Below the pieces are notes generated by a model. That model was not told the origin of the DNA and searched no databases. It was given only the letters and a program-made list of their open reading frames with translations. Shown here one piece after another: positions 9,800 to 20,604 of a stretch of 64,000 bases of DNA (within the stretch, counting starts at the first letter, position 1; every line of letters starts with the position of its first letter). Made by a program: the position numbers and the translations under genes. Source of the DNA: an uncultured Gammaproteobacteria bacterium (GTDB lineage Bacteria > Patescibacteriota > Patescibacteriia > UBA9934); NCBI GenBank assembly GCA_964599455.1, contig CAZREA010000001.1:199687-263686 (forward strand), read 5' to 3'.

Positions 9800-10291
9800 A
9801 TGAAAAAACTTGCTTCATTTTTAGAAAATCTTCTCGGCCCACTTTTTCGTCCAGTCAGTAGATGGCTTGCTCACCCCGAACGTAAACACCCAACTTGGCA
9901 TTATGAAGCTTTGGTCGTCGCACTTATATTATTTGGAGTAGCAGCCCTTACCACCAATTGGTCAATAGTATTCTCGCAACCACTCACCGCTTGGTGGCGC
10001 CCTTTTATTATCAACTGGCTCGTGGCAGCCGCAGTGCTTATCTCGTTCCTACAGGCACAGGTAGGTTTTCGCATGGCCGAAGCTCAAAATATCTCAAAGT
10101 CACGCAGTGTTGATTGTCATATGTGGTCAGGACGATATTGGATTAGTAAAGAGCTGTTATGGTTTATAGTCTTTTTCCTCAGCGGTGCCTTTTCGGCCAT
10201 CGCAGGCAACGTCGTCTTCCTTTTGTACCCCGCCTGGAGACAAATTCATGTAAAGGAAAGAATGAAAATGAGAAAAGGTGGGGATAAGTAG
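9800..10291 (+). CDS. Hypothetical membrane protein
   Basis: Several TM segments. Confidence 0.7.
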   Translation: MKKLASFLENLLGPLFRPVSRWLAHPERKHPTWHYEALVVALILFGVAALTTNWSIVFSQPLTAWWRPFIINWLVAAAVLISFLQAQVGFRMAEAQNISKSRSVDCHMWSGRYWISKELLWFIVFFLSGAFSAIAGNVVFLLYPAWRQIHVKERMKMRKGGDK

Positions 10292-10345
10292 CAGACAAAT
10301 AGCGTGCAATGAACGTAAAATGAAAGAAATTAACTAATTTATTCT

Positions 10346-11191
10346 ATGTTAGAAGCACCTCGTCCAGACATGTCAGGTGAAGGAAAAAAACATGCGCCAG
10401 CAATTCTTGATTTAAACAGCCTCTCGAAAAGCAAGAATGATGTTTCTGAAAACGAAAATGATCACATTCCCGCATTCGAGTTCGAGGAGTCCGAAAATCA
10501 AGAACCTGTAGACGATGAAGATTCTTCCACAATAACAGAAGAAGACGAAGAGGAAAATTATGATGATCGCGGAAAAGAACAGTCAGTCATGGCAACCTCT
10601 CCGGTAGATGATGATGCAGGAGTTTTCCATGCCACGGAAGATGAAATTCGTAACGCAGTACTTTCAAAGAGTGAGCAAAAAAAACGAGAGGAAGAACGGA
10701 GACGTGAGACAATACAAGTGATCATGGCATACGAGAAGATTTTGCGGGAACTTGAAAACCTTTCAGGAGAAAAATCTCCTGCAGTTCAAGAGGCAATACA
10801 AATTCTCGGAGAAGAGCTCATGCAGAAGGAAAATTTTCTTTATGGTTCAAGTGAGGAGGATAGGGGTATTCTCGTCCACGTTCCCGGCCAGGAAGAACCC
10901 GAAGATCCCATCAAGAGACGAGCTCCTAAACCGAGCTCGTTAACAGATCTTCCAGCCCCCTTCTCCCCTGAGCGTGAGCAAGCCCTTAAAAGAGGAGCGA
11001 GATTACCTTCGGTGGTTAGCGCATATGATACGGTCATTGCAGAATTAGGAGATGAAATCGATACAAATCCGGCAATCGAAGACGTTATAAACACTCTCCT
11101 AATTCAGCGACGTACCGTTCAGGACGAACTTGATCGAATCGAAGGAAGAACAAATAAAGCTGGTCCTCGAGCAAAGAAAACTACCGAATAA
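10346..11191 (+). CDS. Acidic hypothetical protein
   Basis: 281-aa E/D-rich ORF. Confidence 0.7.
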   Translation: MLEAPRPDMSGEGKKHAPAILDLNSLSKSKNDVSENENDHIPAFEFEESENQEPVDDEDSSTITEEDEEENYDDRGKEQSVMATSPVDDDAGVFHATEDEIRNAVLSKSEQKKREEERRRETIQVIMAYEKILRELENLSGEKSPAVQEAIQILGEELMQKENFLYGSSEEDRGILVHVPGQEEPEDPIKRRAPKPSSLTDLPAPFSPEREQALKRGARLPSVVSAYDTVIAELGDEIDTNPAIEDVINTLLIQRRTVQDELDRIEGRTNKAGPRAKKTTE

Positions 11192-11196
11192 AGAGT

Positions 11197-11421
11197 ATGC
11201 ATTCGTCTAAAAATGTTTCTCTGCGCAGGCGAAATATAGTCGATATAGTCGATGAAACAGGAGTAACGCTTCCAAGGACAGTACAGACTCTTGATCAAAT
11301 GCGCGTCGCAGCAATGTTAGCTCCTTCACTTGGTGACAAGTTCATGCAAGATTCCGCTCGAGCAAAAGCCATGACCACAATTTCAGCTGAAGATTTAAAG
11401 CCACTTCCTAACGAAAAGTAA
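11197..11421 (+). CDS. Small hypothetical protein
   Basis: Follows previous gene; ends at terminator 11425-11458. Confidence 0.5.
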   Translation: MHSSKNVSLRRRNIVDIVDETGVTLPRTVQTLDQMRVAAMLAPSLGDKFMQDSARAKAMTTISAEDLKPLPNEK

Positions 11422-11477
11422 GCACAAAAAATCGCGATCACATGGTCGCGATTTTTTTATGCTAAAATAGTAACCAT

Positions 11478-12125
11478 ATGTGTTTTTCTTTGGAGGCCAG
11501 TTTTGCCGCAAGTGCCGTGTTAGCAGCGACTGGCGTGGTCACGCTCAAAAAGTCCACGTCAGCTACACGCATGTACGCGGCCATTCCCTTCCTTTTTGCG
11601 ATACAGCAATTCTTCGAAGGTTTACAATGGCACGCGCTCGCACACGGCACAGGCAGTCTGTTTTATGCATATGGCTTTCTCTTTTTTGCCTACATCCTTT
11701 GGCCTGTCTATATCCCCTTAGGAGTTTTACGCATGGAAACAGATGTAAAACGAATCATGCATCTTCGTATCTTTTCACTTATCGGTGCTGTAGTTAGTGG
11801 CGTTCTTCTTTATACACTCACCAGTCGTCCGTTTGATATCATTGTTCTTCAGCATCATATTTCTTACGAAAACACTGTTCCTTTTCGCGTCGTTCTCGGC
11901 GTGCTGTACGTTCTTGCGACGAGTGGCGCCTGTCTTCTTTCTTCCCATAAGTGGGTTCGGGTTTTTGGTATCACCACCTTTATTGCCGCGCTTGCCACCG
12001 CACTCGTCGTATTTCATGCCTTCACTTCTGTTTGGTGCTTTTTTTCCGCGATATTGAGCATATTGATTTACATCCACATTTCTTCATTCTCTCCAAACAA
12101 AAATCCTCGCTCCACACGAAAATAA
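11478..12125 (+). CDS. DUF6629-like membrane protein
   Basis: MCFSxxASF start; QQxxEG; FTSVWCFFSA. Confidence 0.8.
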   Translation: MCFSLEASFAASAVLAATGVVTLKKSTSATRMYAAIPFLFAIQQFFEGLQWHALAHGTGSLFYAYGFLFFAYILWPVYIPLGVLRMETDVKRIMHLRIFSLIGAVVSGVLLYTLTSRPFDIIVLQHHISYENTVPFRVVLGVLYVLATSGACLLSSHKWVRVFGITTFIAALATALVVFHAFTSVWCFFSAILSILIYIHISSFSPNKNPRSTRK

Positions 12126-12219
12126 TCCATTACTTGCCGAAAATAGGGAAAGGAGCTAGGCTTTCCGGTCTTCGTATTGCCCCTCGCAGTCGAAGAATCA
12201 CCCGAAATCGGAGCACGTT

Positions 12220-12471
12220 ATGTCAACACAAAAAGGAATTTCGTCAGCACCGAAGAACGCCTTGGAGACTTTTATTTGTTTCCTCCCCATCCTCTCGGTT
12301 CTCCTGGGAATACTTGGGACGAGTCTTTTCCTCGCCGGGGTTTACTCGGATCCTGGAGTCACGAAGGTGATGGCGGGCGCGCTCGGTGGAGCGATGCTCG
12401 TCACGGCTCCCATCGGGGGCTGCATCGCAACCATGAGACTGATTCGCTGCAATATCGAGAACGGCATCTGA
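12220..12471 (+). CDS. Cassette gene: 2-TM membrane ORFan
   Basis: Promoter TTGCCG-17-TAGGCT (12134-12162), leader hairpin, SD GGAG, GC-rich, 3' hairpin AACGCGC…GCGCGTT. Confidence 0.65.
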   Translation: MSTQKGISSAPKNALETFICFLPILSVLLGILGTSLFLAGVYSDPGVTKVMAGALGGAMLVTAPIGGCIATMRLIRCNIENGI

Positions 12472-12537
12472 AGCCTTCGTCCAACGCGCGCCCCCTTGGG
12501 CGCGTTTCGTTATTTCTGCTATTCTATCCTTCATCCT

Positions 12538-13236
12538 ATGACCCACGACGAACTCGACATTCTCCTCAAAAAATGGCAGCCCAACTATATTGATGCCGGC
12601 ACCGGCTTTCGTCGCGCACTCGACGCCGTCGTCACAAACGAAAGCATCGTGCTTGATATTGGCTGCGGTCGACAAACGTTTGCTGATGATATCTACAAAA
12701 AAGCCAAGTATCGCGTCGGCATTGATGTTGATGAGTATGCCAAAGAGAATCCGATTATGAATGAGGTGATTATCGCCAATGCCGAAAAACTTCCCTTCCC
12801 CGCTGAACATTTCGATATCGTTACCGCACAATGGGTGATGGAGCATGTTAGCGATGCCGAAGGATTCATCAAAGAAGTCATGCGTGTACTAAAACCCGGA
12901 GGATCATTTATCTTCATGACACCAAATGCCCGAGCGCCGTTTGTTATCGCAACACGATCATTCCCCACGGTTATCAAACAAAAATTACGCACCTGGATGC
13001 TGGGCTTTGCCGATGATGAAACATTTCCCACCTATTACCGTCTGAATGATGCAAAAGTCATCGAAAAGCTTGCGCGCAAAAGCAATGCAAAACATGTCAC
13101 CATGTCGCACTACGATTGTTATGGATATTTCAAATTCTCTGTAATTTTAGTTTTTCTGGTATTTGTTTTCTATCAAGCAGTAAACATGCTCAGTAAAAAT
13201 CGTGAGCATCATCTTGTCGGCTCAATACAAAAATAA
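12538..13236 (+). CDS. Class I SAM-dependent methyltransferase
   Basis: VLDIGCG; FDIV…WVMEHV; RVLKPGG. Confidence 0.85.
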   Translation: MTHDELDILLKKWQPNYIDAGTGFRRALDAVVTNESIVLDIGCGRQTFADDIYKKAKYRVGIDVDEYAKENPIMNEVIIANAEKLPFPAEHFDIVTAQWVMEHVSDAEGFIKEVMRVLKPGGSFIFMTPNARAPFVIATRSFPTVIKQKLRTWMLGFADDETFPTYYRLNDAKVIEKLARKSNAKHVTMSHYDCYGYFKFSVILVFLVFVFYQAVNMLSKNREHHLVGSIQK

Positions 13237-13342
13237 CTCAAAGATATTGGACGCATGAACGATATACACAGATCACTCATCCTCCTTTCAAGACCCATGT
13301 TATAGTCGATTCACTCCCCAGTAAGATTCTTGTTTTTATTTT

Positions 13343-13747
13343 ATGTTAGATCAAAATGATATTTTTATTCTCGAAAAATTGTTCGATAGAAAATTCGAGC
13401 AAAACTTTCAAGAATTCGGAGAGAAACTCGAAGTAACTCTTGAACAAAAACTTGATGTCAAACTTGTTCACCTGGAAGAACGTTTAGAAATACGTCTTGA
13501 AAAAAGATTAACCGAAAAATTAGACGAAAAAATGCGTATTCGTTTGAACGATTTCGGCAATTTCATCGAAGATAAAATGCAAGGGATGATCTCTGCTTCA
13601 GAAAATCGTCTCATCGCTCGAATGGATAAGATGGAAGAACGCATTAATGCGAATATCGTCTCTTTTGCAACGGTCTCCATTTTGCCGCAAATAGATAACC
13701 TTTACGGAGAAGTTCATCACATCAAGCAGCATCTGAAACTTGCGTAA
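13343..13747 (+). CDS. Coiled-coil hypothetical protein
   Basis: LExKL/LEERL periodic repeats. Confidence 0.7.
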   Translation: MLDQNDIFILEKLFDRKFEQNFQEFGEKLEVTLEQKLDVKLVHLEERLEIRLEKRLTEKLDEKMRIRLNDFGNFIEDKMQGMISASENRLIARMDKMEERINANIVSFATVSILPQIDNLYGEVHHIKQHLKLA

Positions 13748-13857
13748 ATGCAAAAAACTCCAACTATACGCCTAGTTGGAGTTTTTTTATTTGACGAAAA
13801 AGCATTTTTTGGCTACTATTCGCCCACATTTTTAACGTCATTTGGCGTTTTCTTCTT

Positions 13858-15651
13858 ATGGATATCCGCAACATCGCCATTATCGCCCACGTCGACCACG
13901 GCAAAACCACGCTCGTTGATGCCATGCTCAAGCAGTCCGGTACTTTTAACGATCGCGACACGATCGAAGTTTGCGTCATGGACTCAAATGAGCTCGAACG
14001 GGAGCGCGGCATTACCATCTACGCCAAAAACACGGCCATCATGCTTGATGACCACAAAATCAATATCGTCGACACCCCAGGTCACGCAGACTTTGGTTCT
14101 GAAGTTGAACGCGTTTTGCGTATGGTTGACTCGGTGCTCCTGCTGGTTGATGCCTACGAAGGCCCGATGCCACAAACCAAATTCGTGTTGCGTAAATCAC
14201 TCGCGCTTGGACTCAAGCCCATCATCATCCTCAATAAAATTGATAAACCGACTGCTCGACCCGATTGGGTACTTAACCAAGTTTTTGATCTTTTCGTCGA
14301 ACTTGGTGCTAATGATCAACAGCTCGAATTCACCTATTTGTACGCTATTGGACGTGACGGTGTTGCCAAACGTCATCTCACCGATGAAAACGTTGATCTT
14401 CGCCCATTGTTCGATGTTATCATGCAAGAAGTCCCCCCTGCACCAAGCGACATCACTAAACCTTTGCGCCTCCAAATCACCAACTTGAAGTACGACAACT
14501 ACGTCGGTCGTTTGGGTGTTGGTCGTATTTACGAAGGTGTTGCCAAACCAGGTATGAACGTGACCGCTATCAAACCTGATGGCACGCGCTATAGTGGCAA
14601 ACTCACCAAAGTGTATACACATCGCGGCCTAGAGAAAATCGAGGTACAGGAAGCCGTTGCTGGCGACATTGTGCAAATTGCCGGTCTTCCCGAAATTTAT
14701 GTTGGTGAAACGGTTGCTGGAGACGCAAACGCAGAAATACTGCCCACGCTATCGATCGATGCCCCTACGTTGACGATGAACTTCATGCCCAATAGTTCGC
14801 CTTTTGCCGGACGTGAGGGGTCCCTCGTTACCTCTCGCCAAATTCGTGAACGCTTGGAGCGTGAGCTCGAAATCAACGTGGGTTTGCATGTCGAATTCCC
14901 AAGCGGCGAAGGTGAGTTCCGCGTTTCCGGACGTGGTGAAATGCATCTTGCGGTGCTGATTGAACAAATGCGTCGCGAGGGATTTGAACTTCAGGTTTCT
15001 CAGCCCCAAGTCATCATGCGCCAAGAAAATGGTGAACAGCTCGAACCAATGGAATCGGTGGTCATTGATGTACCTGATGAATTTGCCGGAACAGTCATTG
15101 AAAAACTAGGGAAACGCAAAGGCGAGATGACCAACATGATTGCCGAAAATGGTTCAACACGTTTGGAATATACCGTGCCAACCCGCGGCATTCTTGGCTT
15201 CCGCACCGAATTCCTGACCGATACCAAAGGTGAAGGTACGTTCTCCCACATCTTTGCCCATTACGGAAAACATAAAGGTGATATCTCTCGTCGCAGCACC
15301 GGCTCAATTATCTCCGGAGATCAAGGAAAAACGACCCCCTACGCCTTGGCGATGGTACAAGAACGTGGTCCGCTGTTCGTTTCTCCAGGAACTGAAGTCT
15401 ATGAAGGTATGGTTATTGGTGCGAGCATGAAAGAAACCATGACTGTCAATCCGGTACGCGAAAAGAAACTCACCAACATGCGTGCTTCAAGTGCCGATCA
15501 TATCGTCGTTATCACCCCAGCCATCGACATGAACCTCGAGCGTGCGCTCGAATACGTCGATAGCGATGAATACGTGGAAGTCACCCCACAGTCCATTCGC
15601 ATCCGCAAAAAGTATCTCACCGAAGCCGAGCGTAAACGCGCTGACCGATAA
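13858..15651 (+). CDS. typA: Translational GTPase TypA/BipA
   Basis: [42 protein letters not shown]. Confidence 0.97.
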   Translation: MDIRNIAIIAHVDHGKTTLVDAMLKQSGTFNDRDTIEVCVMDSNELERERGITIYAKNTAIMLDDHKINIVDTPGHADFGSEVERVLRMVDSVLLLVDAYEGPMPQTKFVLRKSLALGLKPIIILNKIDKPTARPDWVLNQVFDLFVELGANDQQLEFTYLYAIGRDGVAKRHLTDENVDLRPLFDVIMQEVPPAPSDITKPLRLQITNLKYDNYVGRLGVGRIYEGVAKPGMNVTAIKPDGTRYSGKLTKVYTHRGLEKIEVQEAVAGDIVQIAGLPEIYVGETVAGDANAEILPTLSIDAPTLTMNFMPNSSPFAGREGSLVTSRQIRERLERELEINVGLHVEFPSGEGEFRVSGRGEMHLAVLIEQMRREGFELQVSQPQVIMRQENGEQLEPMESVVIDVPDEFAGTVIEKLGKRKGEMTNMIAENGSTRLEYTVPTRGILGFRTEFLTDTKGEGTFSHIFAHYGKHKGDISRRSTGSIISGDQGKTTPYALAMVQERGPLFVSPGTEVYEGMVIGASMKETMTVNPVREKKLTNMRASSADHIVVITPAIDMNLERALEYVDSDEYVEVTPQSIRIRKKYLTEAERKRADR

Positions 15652-15701
15652 AACAAAAAACTCCCTTCACGGGAGTTTTTCTTTTTATGAAAAATCTTTT
15701 C

Positions 15702-15980
15702 TTAAAGATTTCGCTCTGCAATTTCAATCGTTTGTCCAATTTTTGATTCAAGTTCGCCGAGTCCTTTTTCGAATTGTGATAAGAGTAGTGACATAATCAC
15801 CATCTCCCCTATCACACCAGCACCGAACACCAGCCACGCTTCGGGTCGATCAACTTGTATCCCTGCAAAAATAAGGAGACCGGCAAAAGCCAGAGACGAA
15901 CACGCAAACATGATTTTCATGAGAGAAAACCCCTTCCTTTTCTTTTCAATATACTCAGGAGTAATCTGCACCAAAGGCAT
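15702..15980 (-). CDS. Small 2-TM membrane protein
   Basis: Two TM helices; directly downstream of rpoD. Confidence 0.6.
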   Translation of the reverse strand: MPLVQITPEYIEKKRKGFSLMKIMFACSSLAFAGLLIFAGIQVDRPEAWLVFGAGVIGEMVIMSLLLSQFEKGLGELESKIGQTIEIAERNL

Positions 15981-15982
15981 AC

Positions 15983-17296
15983 TTAGTAGTCCTTAAGCTT
16001 TTGAATGATGTCTTTATTTTGAATTTTTTCGAGCGCCTTAGCCTCGATCTGACGAATACGCTCACGGGTAACGTCGAATTCACGTCCCACTTCTTCAAGC
16101 GTATGCGATACGCTATCTTCCAGTCCAAAACGTAATTCGAGAATCTTTTGCTCACGCGGTGCCAAGTCTTTCATTGCTTCTTGTACGTAATCTCTTAAAA
16201 GCTGGCGGGCTGCACTTTTGTCGGGAGAAAGATTTTTGTTATCTTCGATAAAGTCTTCAAGTTTAGAATCATCATCGTCATCACCAACAGATGTGTCGAG
16301 TGAGGCAGTCTCTTGTGAAATCTTTTGAATATGCACAACTTTATCAATCGGCATGTCCATTTCGGCAGCAAGCTCTTCGAGCAACGGTTCGCGACCCAAG
16401 TCTTGAATCAAACGACGCTCGACTTGCTTGAAACGATTAATGGTTTCCACCATGTGCACTGGAATACGAATAGTGCGGCTTTGATCGGCAAGTGCACGGG
16501 TAATCGCTTGGCGAATCCACCAGGTAGCGTACGTAGAGAATTTATATCCTTTACGATATTCAAATTTTTTCACCGCACGGAACAAACCAACATTTCCTTC
16601 TTGAATAAGATCGAGCAGTGATAACTGCTTACCGACAAATTTCTTCGCAATAGAAACGACTAAACGGAGGTTGGCTTCGATGAGACGACGTTCCGCCTCT
16701 TTTTCATTGCGTTCCTTGCGCTTTGCAAGCGCGACTTCTTCCTCAGCGTTTAACAACGGAATTTTTCCAATTTCCCGAAGATACATCTGAATACTGTCTT
16801 GCGTAAGTTCAGAAGTCAGACTTGATGTTTCGACTTTTTTATCAACGGTAATACGCAATTTATCGTAAACATCGTCGCGACTCTTTCCTCCTCCCAAAAA
16901 ACCCTCTTTCATTTCAACGAAATGGAGACCTTTACGTTCGACGCGATCTAAAAATTCTTCTAACAATTCCAAATGATCTTCGATATAGCCAAACGCAAAC
17001 AACAGTTCATTCTCGGTAATGAATCCCCGTGTCATACCGCGCTCAATCATGCGTTGCAAGGCTTCGTCAGAAGGAGGCGGTGATTTCTTGTCGGGAATGA
17101 GCTTAACAGGCGCTTGTTTGACCTGCTGAACTTTTGCGAGCTTAGGTGCTCCTGCATTCTTTTTTCCCGATGCAGTTTTCTGTGGCACAACTCTTGCGAC
17201 CGTCTTTTTTACGAATGTACGCATGTTTTTTTTGACGGTATTTTTTTTTGTTAAAACTGAACTCTTCACTTTCTTCACGATTTTTTTTACGGGCAT
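15983..17296 (-). CDS. rpoD: RNA polymerase primary sigma factor
   Basis: [41 protein letters not shown]; Lys-rich N-terminal extension. Confidence 0.96.
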   Translation of the reverse strand: MPVKKIVKKVKSSVLTKKNTVKKNMRTFVKKTVARVVPQKTASGKKNAGAPKLAKVQQVKQAPVKLIPDKKSPPPSDEALQRMIERGMTRGFITENELLFAFGYIEDHLELLEEFLDRVERKGLHFVEMKEGFLGGGKSRDDVYDKLRITVDKKVETSSLTSELTQDSIQMYLREIGKIPLLNAEEEVALAKRKERNEKEAERRLIEANLRLVVSIAKKFVGKQLSLLDLIQEGNVGLFRAVKKFEYRKGYKFSTYATWWIRQAITRALADQSRTIRIPVHMVETINRFKQVERRLIQDLGREPLLEELAAEMDMPIDKVVHIQKISQETASLDTSVGDDDDDSKLEDFIEDNKNLSPDKSAARQLLRDYVQEAMKDLAPREQKILELRFGLEDSVSHTLEEVGREFDVTRERIRQIEAKALEKIQNKDIIQKLKDY

Positions 17297-17311
17297 AGAA
17301 AATGCAATGCG

Positions 17312-19216
17312 CTACTGCGCAGCACGAAGCGTATTAAGAAGCGATGCATATTCAGCCATAAGCGCCGTAAGCTTTGCGGAGTCACCCGCAAGCTCAGCGT
17401 GCCGAATAGCCGCTTCAAGTTCTTTTTGTTTGCTTTCCGCTTGAGCGCGAGAAAACAGTGCAAGATGCCGTTTTGCCTCGTCCCGCCGTGCTTGTAACGA
17501 CAGTCCGGCAATGATCTCGTCGGTTTGGAGTGCAAGCGTATCAAGGATACTGAGTAATGATCCTTGGCTGGCACTATCGAGATATGCCCGAAGTCGCAAA
17601 AAAAAGGGTTGTTTTTGCTGAGGGGGAGAGGAGTGCAACTGACCGTCACTATACACCTGTTTGGCAGACGCGTAAAGCAAAGACCAGGGGTCTTTTAAAA
17701 GATCAATAGGAACACGATCGAGAATATCTTTCGCTAAACGTTCCTCGGCTAATGCCAATCCGAGCAAAAAGGCGGCAGCTTTATCCAGTTTATCGGGTTC
17801 AGACACGAGCGCAGATCGTAGAGGTTGGGTATGCCCGGCAGCTGCCGGACGTGCCCCGGCGCCTACGGACGCGGGGGCGCGTTTTTCGGTCGTATTTTTC
17901 TGTATCATTCCTTTCAACACATCAATATCCACATGCGTGGCGTCAGCAAGACGTAAAAGATACAAATATTGTTCGTCGGGTCGTGAGATGCGACCAAGCG
18001 ATGGCAACAATTCATCAATCAATTTTTTTCTCCCCTCGGTACTTGATACTTCCCCTTGTTCTTCAAACGTACGGATGGTTTTTTGAAAGAGATATTCCAC
18101 AACTTCATACGAGCTGTCCGCAAGCTCCTGCCAACGCGCAGGGTCTTTTTTCACAACCTCATCAGGATCTTTGCCAACGCCCGGCGGTAACACCAAGCAG
18201 CGAATCTCTACCGCAAGCGTGGCATCTTGTTGTAATTGCAACGCAAGAGCAAAGGCGCGCTTGGCCGCAGCGAATCCAGCAGCATCTTCATCCAAACAAA
18301 AGATAATACGCCTGGTATACCGCGACAACATACGCAACTGCATCTCGGTTAGCGCCGTTCCTGATGACGCGACGATATGTTCAACCCCTGCTTTATGAGA
18401 TGCAATTACATCAAGATTTCCTTCAACGACAATCACACATTCTTTTTTGCGAATAGCAGACTTTGCCAGATGAAGTCCAAATAAGACTTCGCTTTTTTTA
18501 TAAAGAGCTGTTTCAGGAGAATTCACATATTTTCCTCCTTCTTTTTCTTGCGACGTTCCGGGAAGTACACGACCGGTAAAGGCGATCACTTGGCCTTGTG
18601 CATCGCAGATAGGAATCATCAAACGATTACGAAAACGATCAATCACGCCATCGCCAAGTTTTTTCGGAAGTGACAAGCCACCATCAATCAATTCACGTGC
18701 AGTGAATCCTCTTTTTATAAGCGCGGTGCTCAACGCATCCCACGAATCAGGCGCTGCGCCCAAACGAAACTTTTCGCGCAACTCAGGAGTAATGCCCCGA
18801 GATTCAACGTATGTTCGCGCCGCAGCTCCATGCGGATACTCACGCAATGCCAAGCTGTAATATTGTGCCGCCAAATCATACATCTCGAGCATGCGCTGTC
18901 GAGCATTGGCGACCTCGGGTTTTTGTGGCGTATATTCGGGAATTTCAACTCCTGCTCGACGACCCAAATGACGCAAGGCCTCGGGAAAGGTCATGCCCTC
19001 CATTTCCATGACAAACGAAAAAATATCACCCCCCTTATCGCAGCCAAAACATTTAAAAATCTGCCGCTCGCGAGAAACGTGAAAAGAAGGGCTACGCTCA
19101 TTGTGAAACGGGCAAAGACCCTTCAAACTCCCCGTTCCCGCAGGTTTTAACTGGACATATTCGCCAATAATCTCCGCAATATCGAGTTTCGCTTTCATCT
19201 GTTCTTTCGGCTCCAT
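17312..19216 (-). CDS. dnaG: DNA primase
   Basis: CPFHNERSPSF…CFGC zinc finger, KYVNSPET, EGNLDVI TOPRIM. Confidence 0.96.
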   Translation of the reverse strand: MEPKEQMKAKLDIAEIIGEYVQLKPAGTGSLKGLCPFHNERSPSFHVSRERQIFKCFGCDKGGDIFSFVMEMEGMTFPEALRHLGRRAGVEIPEYTPQKPEVANARQRMLEMYDLAAQYYSLALREYPHGAAARTYVESRGITPELREKFRLGAAPDSWDALSTALIKRGFTARELIDGGLSLPKKLGDGVIDRFRNRLMIPICDAQGQVIAFTGRVLPGTSQEKEGGKYVNSPETALYKKSEVLFGLHLAKSAIRKKECVIVVEGNLDVIASHKAGVEHIVASSGTALTEMQLRMLSRYTRRIIFCLDEDAAGFAAAKRAFALALQLQQDATLAVEIRCLVLPPGVGKDPDEVVKKDPARWQELADSSYEVVEYLFQKTIRTFEEQGEVSSTEGRKKLIDELLPSLGRISRPDEQYLYLLRLADATHVDIDVLKGMIQKNTTEKRAPASVGAGARPAAAGHTQPLRSALVSEPDKLDKAAAFLLGLALAEERLAKDILDRVPIDLLKDPWSLLYASAKQVYSDGQLHSSPPQQKQPFFLRLRAYLDSASQGSLLSILDTLALQTDEIIAGLSLQARRDEAKRHLALFSRAQAESKQKELEAAIRHAELAGDSAKLTALMAEYASLLNTLRAAQ

Positions 19217-19218
19217 AC

Positions 19219-19247
19219 TTGTAAAAAGAGCGTAACCCGTGTATCGT
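19219..19247 (+). promoter_or_regulatory. Cassette-type promoter divergent from and overlapping the dnaG promoter
   Basis: TTGTAA-17(AAAGAGCGTAACCCGTG)-TATCGT; opposite strand has TTGCGT-17-TACGCT for dnaG. Confidence 0.55.
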
Positions 19248-19253
19248 ATTTAC

Positions 19254-19490
19254 GCAACGTTTTCACTTTTGGTACACGGAGCAAGAAGTACACAACGGAC
19301 CTCTCTCACGCATCATTCTCAGAGGATATCGTCGGCTCGACTTTGCTCCGTGTACCACCCCGTTCAAGCGTCGGTTGAAGATTATATCGTAGGGGTTCTG
19401 TGGGCTTTGCAACAACGGTCATATCTTCAATACGACGCTTCTTCCTTCAACGGCACACGTGATATCCATCGCGTGTGCCGTTTTCTTTTC
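19254..19490 (+). ncRNA. Putative structured ncRNA (two long hairpins plus terminator)
   Basis: Stems 19271-19356, 19366-19440, 19449-19482 then TTCTTTT; G-U pairs favour + strand; no SD-led ORF. Confidence 0.55.
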
Positions 19491-19516
19491 AGAGACGGGT
19501 CGGCGACCCGTCTTTA
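19490..19516 (-). repeat. REP-like palindrome GTAAAGACGGGTCGCCGACCCGTCTCTG
   Basis: Hairpin with GTAR 5' foot, resembling RAYT-associated REPs. Confidence 0.45.
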
Positions 19517-19768
19517 CGGCGCCAGGCGCTCTCTCTTAAGGATCTCCTTTTTCTTTTCGGCTCCACGATTATATCCACCCGTCTTTCCATCTGATCGCAC
19601 GACGCGATGACAAGGAATATCGGGATTGTAATTTTTATTCAAAATATTTCCTACTGCACGATGCGCCCGAGGTTGACCGGCCATTTCCGCTACCTGTTTA
19701 TAGGTACGCGTTTCTCCTTTAGGAATACTGGCAACAATAGCAAACACTTTTTCGCGAAAAGTATTCAT
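19514..19768 (-). CDS. MGMT family O6-alkylguanine DNA-binding/alkyltransferase
   Basis: IPKGETRTY…RAVG…IPCHRVV. Confidence 0.9.
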   Translation of the reverse strand: MNTFREKVFAIVASIPKGETRTYKQVAEMAGQPRAHRAVGNILNKNYNPDIPCHRVVRSDGKTGGYNRGAEKKKEILKRERLAP

Positions 19769-19789
19769 GAGGAAAGTTATAAAAAAATA

Positions 19790-20278
19790 TTAATGAACAA
19801 GTGCGTTTATTTTCATTTTTGCTGCGCGAGGCTCTTTTTTTATACGTTGATATTTTGCCTTGATGGTTGCCGAAGCGATAACATGACCTTCTATGGCACG
19901 TTCAAGGATGTGTCGCTGTGTGCCGCGCGGAAGATCGAGCAGGCAATCAAGCGCAAACACAATAAAACGATATTCATGCTCACCATAACTCGGGCACGGG
20001 CCGCCATACCCAATTTCACTAAAATCGGTCTCGCCTTCCATCGCACCTTTGAGTGACGCGTCCTCGGGAAGAACGCGCATGGAGGGAGCAAGATTCCATA
20101 CGGACCAATGCAGCCAATTGCCACTTGGAGAATCGGGATCGTCGATGATGATTGCAAGACTCACGGCGTTTTCGGGAACATCAGCAAAACGCAACTCAGG
20201 ATTTACATCGTCGCCGTCACACGTATATTTCGGTGGAACCCTACCACCATCTTCGAACGCGGGACTCATGATGCGCAT
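19790..20278 (-). CDS. YbhB/YbcL (PEBP/RKIP-like) protein
   Basis: DDPDSP…WLHW…YGGPCP…HEYRF. Confidence 0.9.
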   Translation of the reverse strand: MRIMSPAFEDGGRVPPKYTCDGDDVNPELRFADVPENAVSLAIIIDDPDSPSGNWLHWSVWNLAPSMRVLPEDASLKGAMEGETDFSEIGYGGPCPSYGEHEYRFIVFALDCLLDLPRGTQRHILERAIEGHVIASATIKAKYQRIKKEPRAAKMKINALVH

Positions 20279-20339
20279 AACATTGCCAATGATATGTCCG
20301 CGCGTGATTCGCCACAAGAGAATTCATACACAGGGTAAA

Positions 20340-20604
20340 CAAAAACGCCCATCACCGGAGTGATGAAGCGTTGTACTCCACAGTCCATCATCCTAAAAAA
20401 GGAGAAAACCTGGAGTGCGAGAAATGCGGCTACGACGCTCGTCCCACATGCACGTCGTAGTTCACCGGATGGAGAATCTCTTACGAGATCTCGCACAGCA
20501 TCCAGCTCAGTTCACGTTCAGGCAGCGTCAGGCGCAAGGAGGTGAAAGCGCCTTGAGATGTGCAGCCAGCAGACACACCCTTTAACCACCGCAAGAACAT
20601 GAAC
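20340..20604 (-). ncRNA. Putative ~265-nt structured ncRNA with an anti-Shine-Dalgarno loop
   Basis: Promoter TTTACA-17-TAATAT (20639-20611); several stems; loop UUUCACCUCCUU; terminator hairpin + U tract at 20340-20372. Confidence 0.6.

Noticed and set aside
13748-14488. 246-aa ORF overlapping typA, and similar long overlapping ORFs in secA, dnaG and ligA
   Set aside because: Alternative-frame or antisense shadows of conserved genes, with no motifs
19239-19610. 123-aa + strand ORF over the structured region
   Set aside because: Start lies inside the predicted promoter, it runs through a terminator and antisense into the MGMT gene, and it has no protein-like features
20528-20602. + strand AAGGAGGTGA as the SD of a type I toxin peptide
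   Set aside because: Downstream ORFs are 10-14 aa, non-hydrophobic or badly spaced; promoter, terminator U tract and G-U pairs favour the - strand
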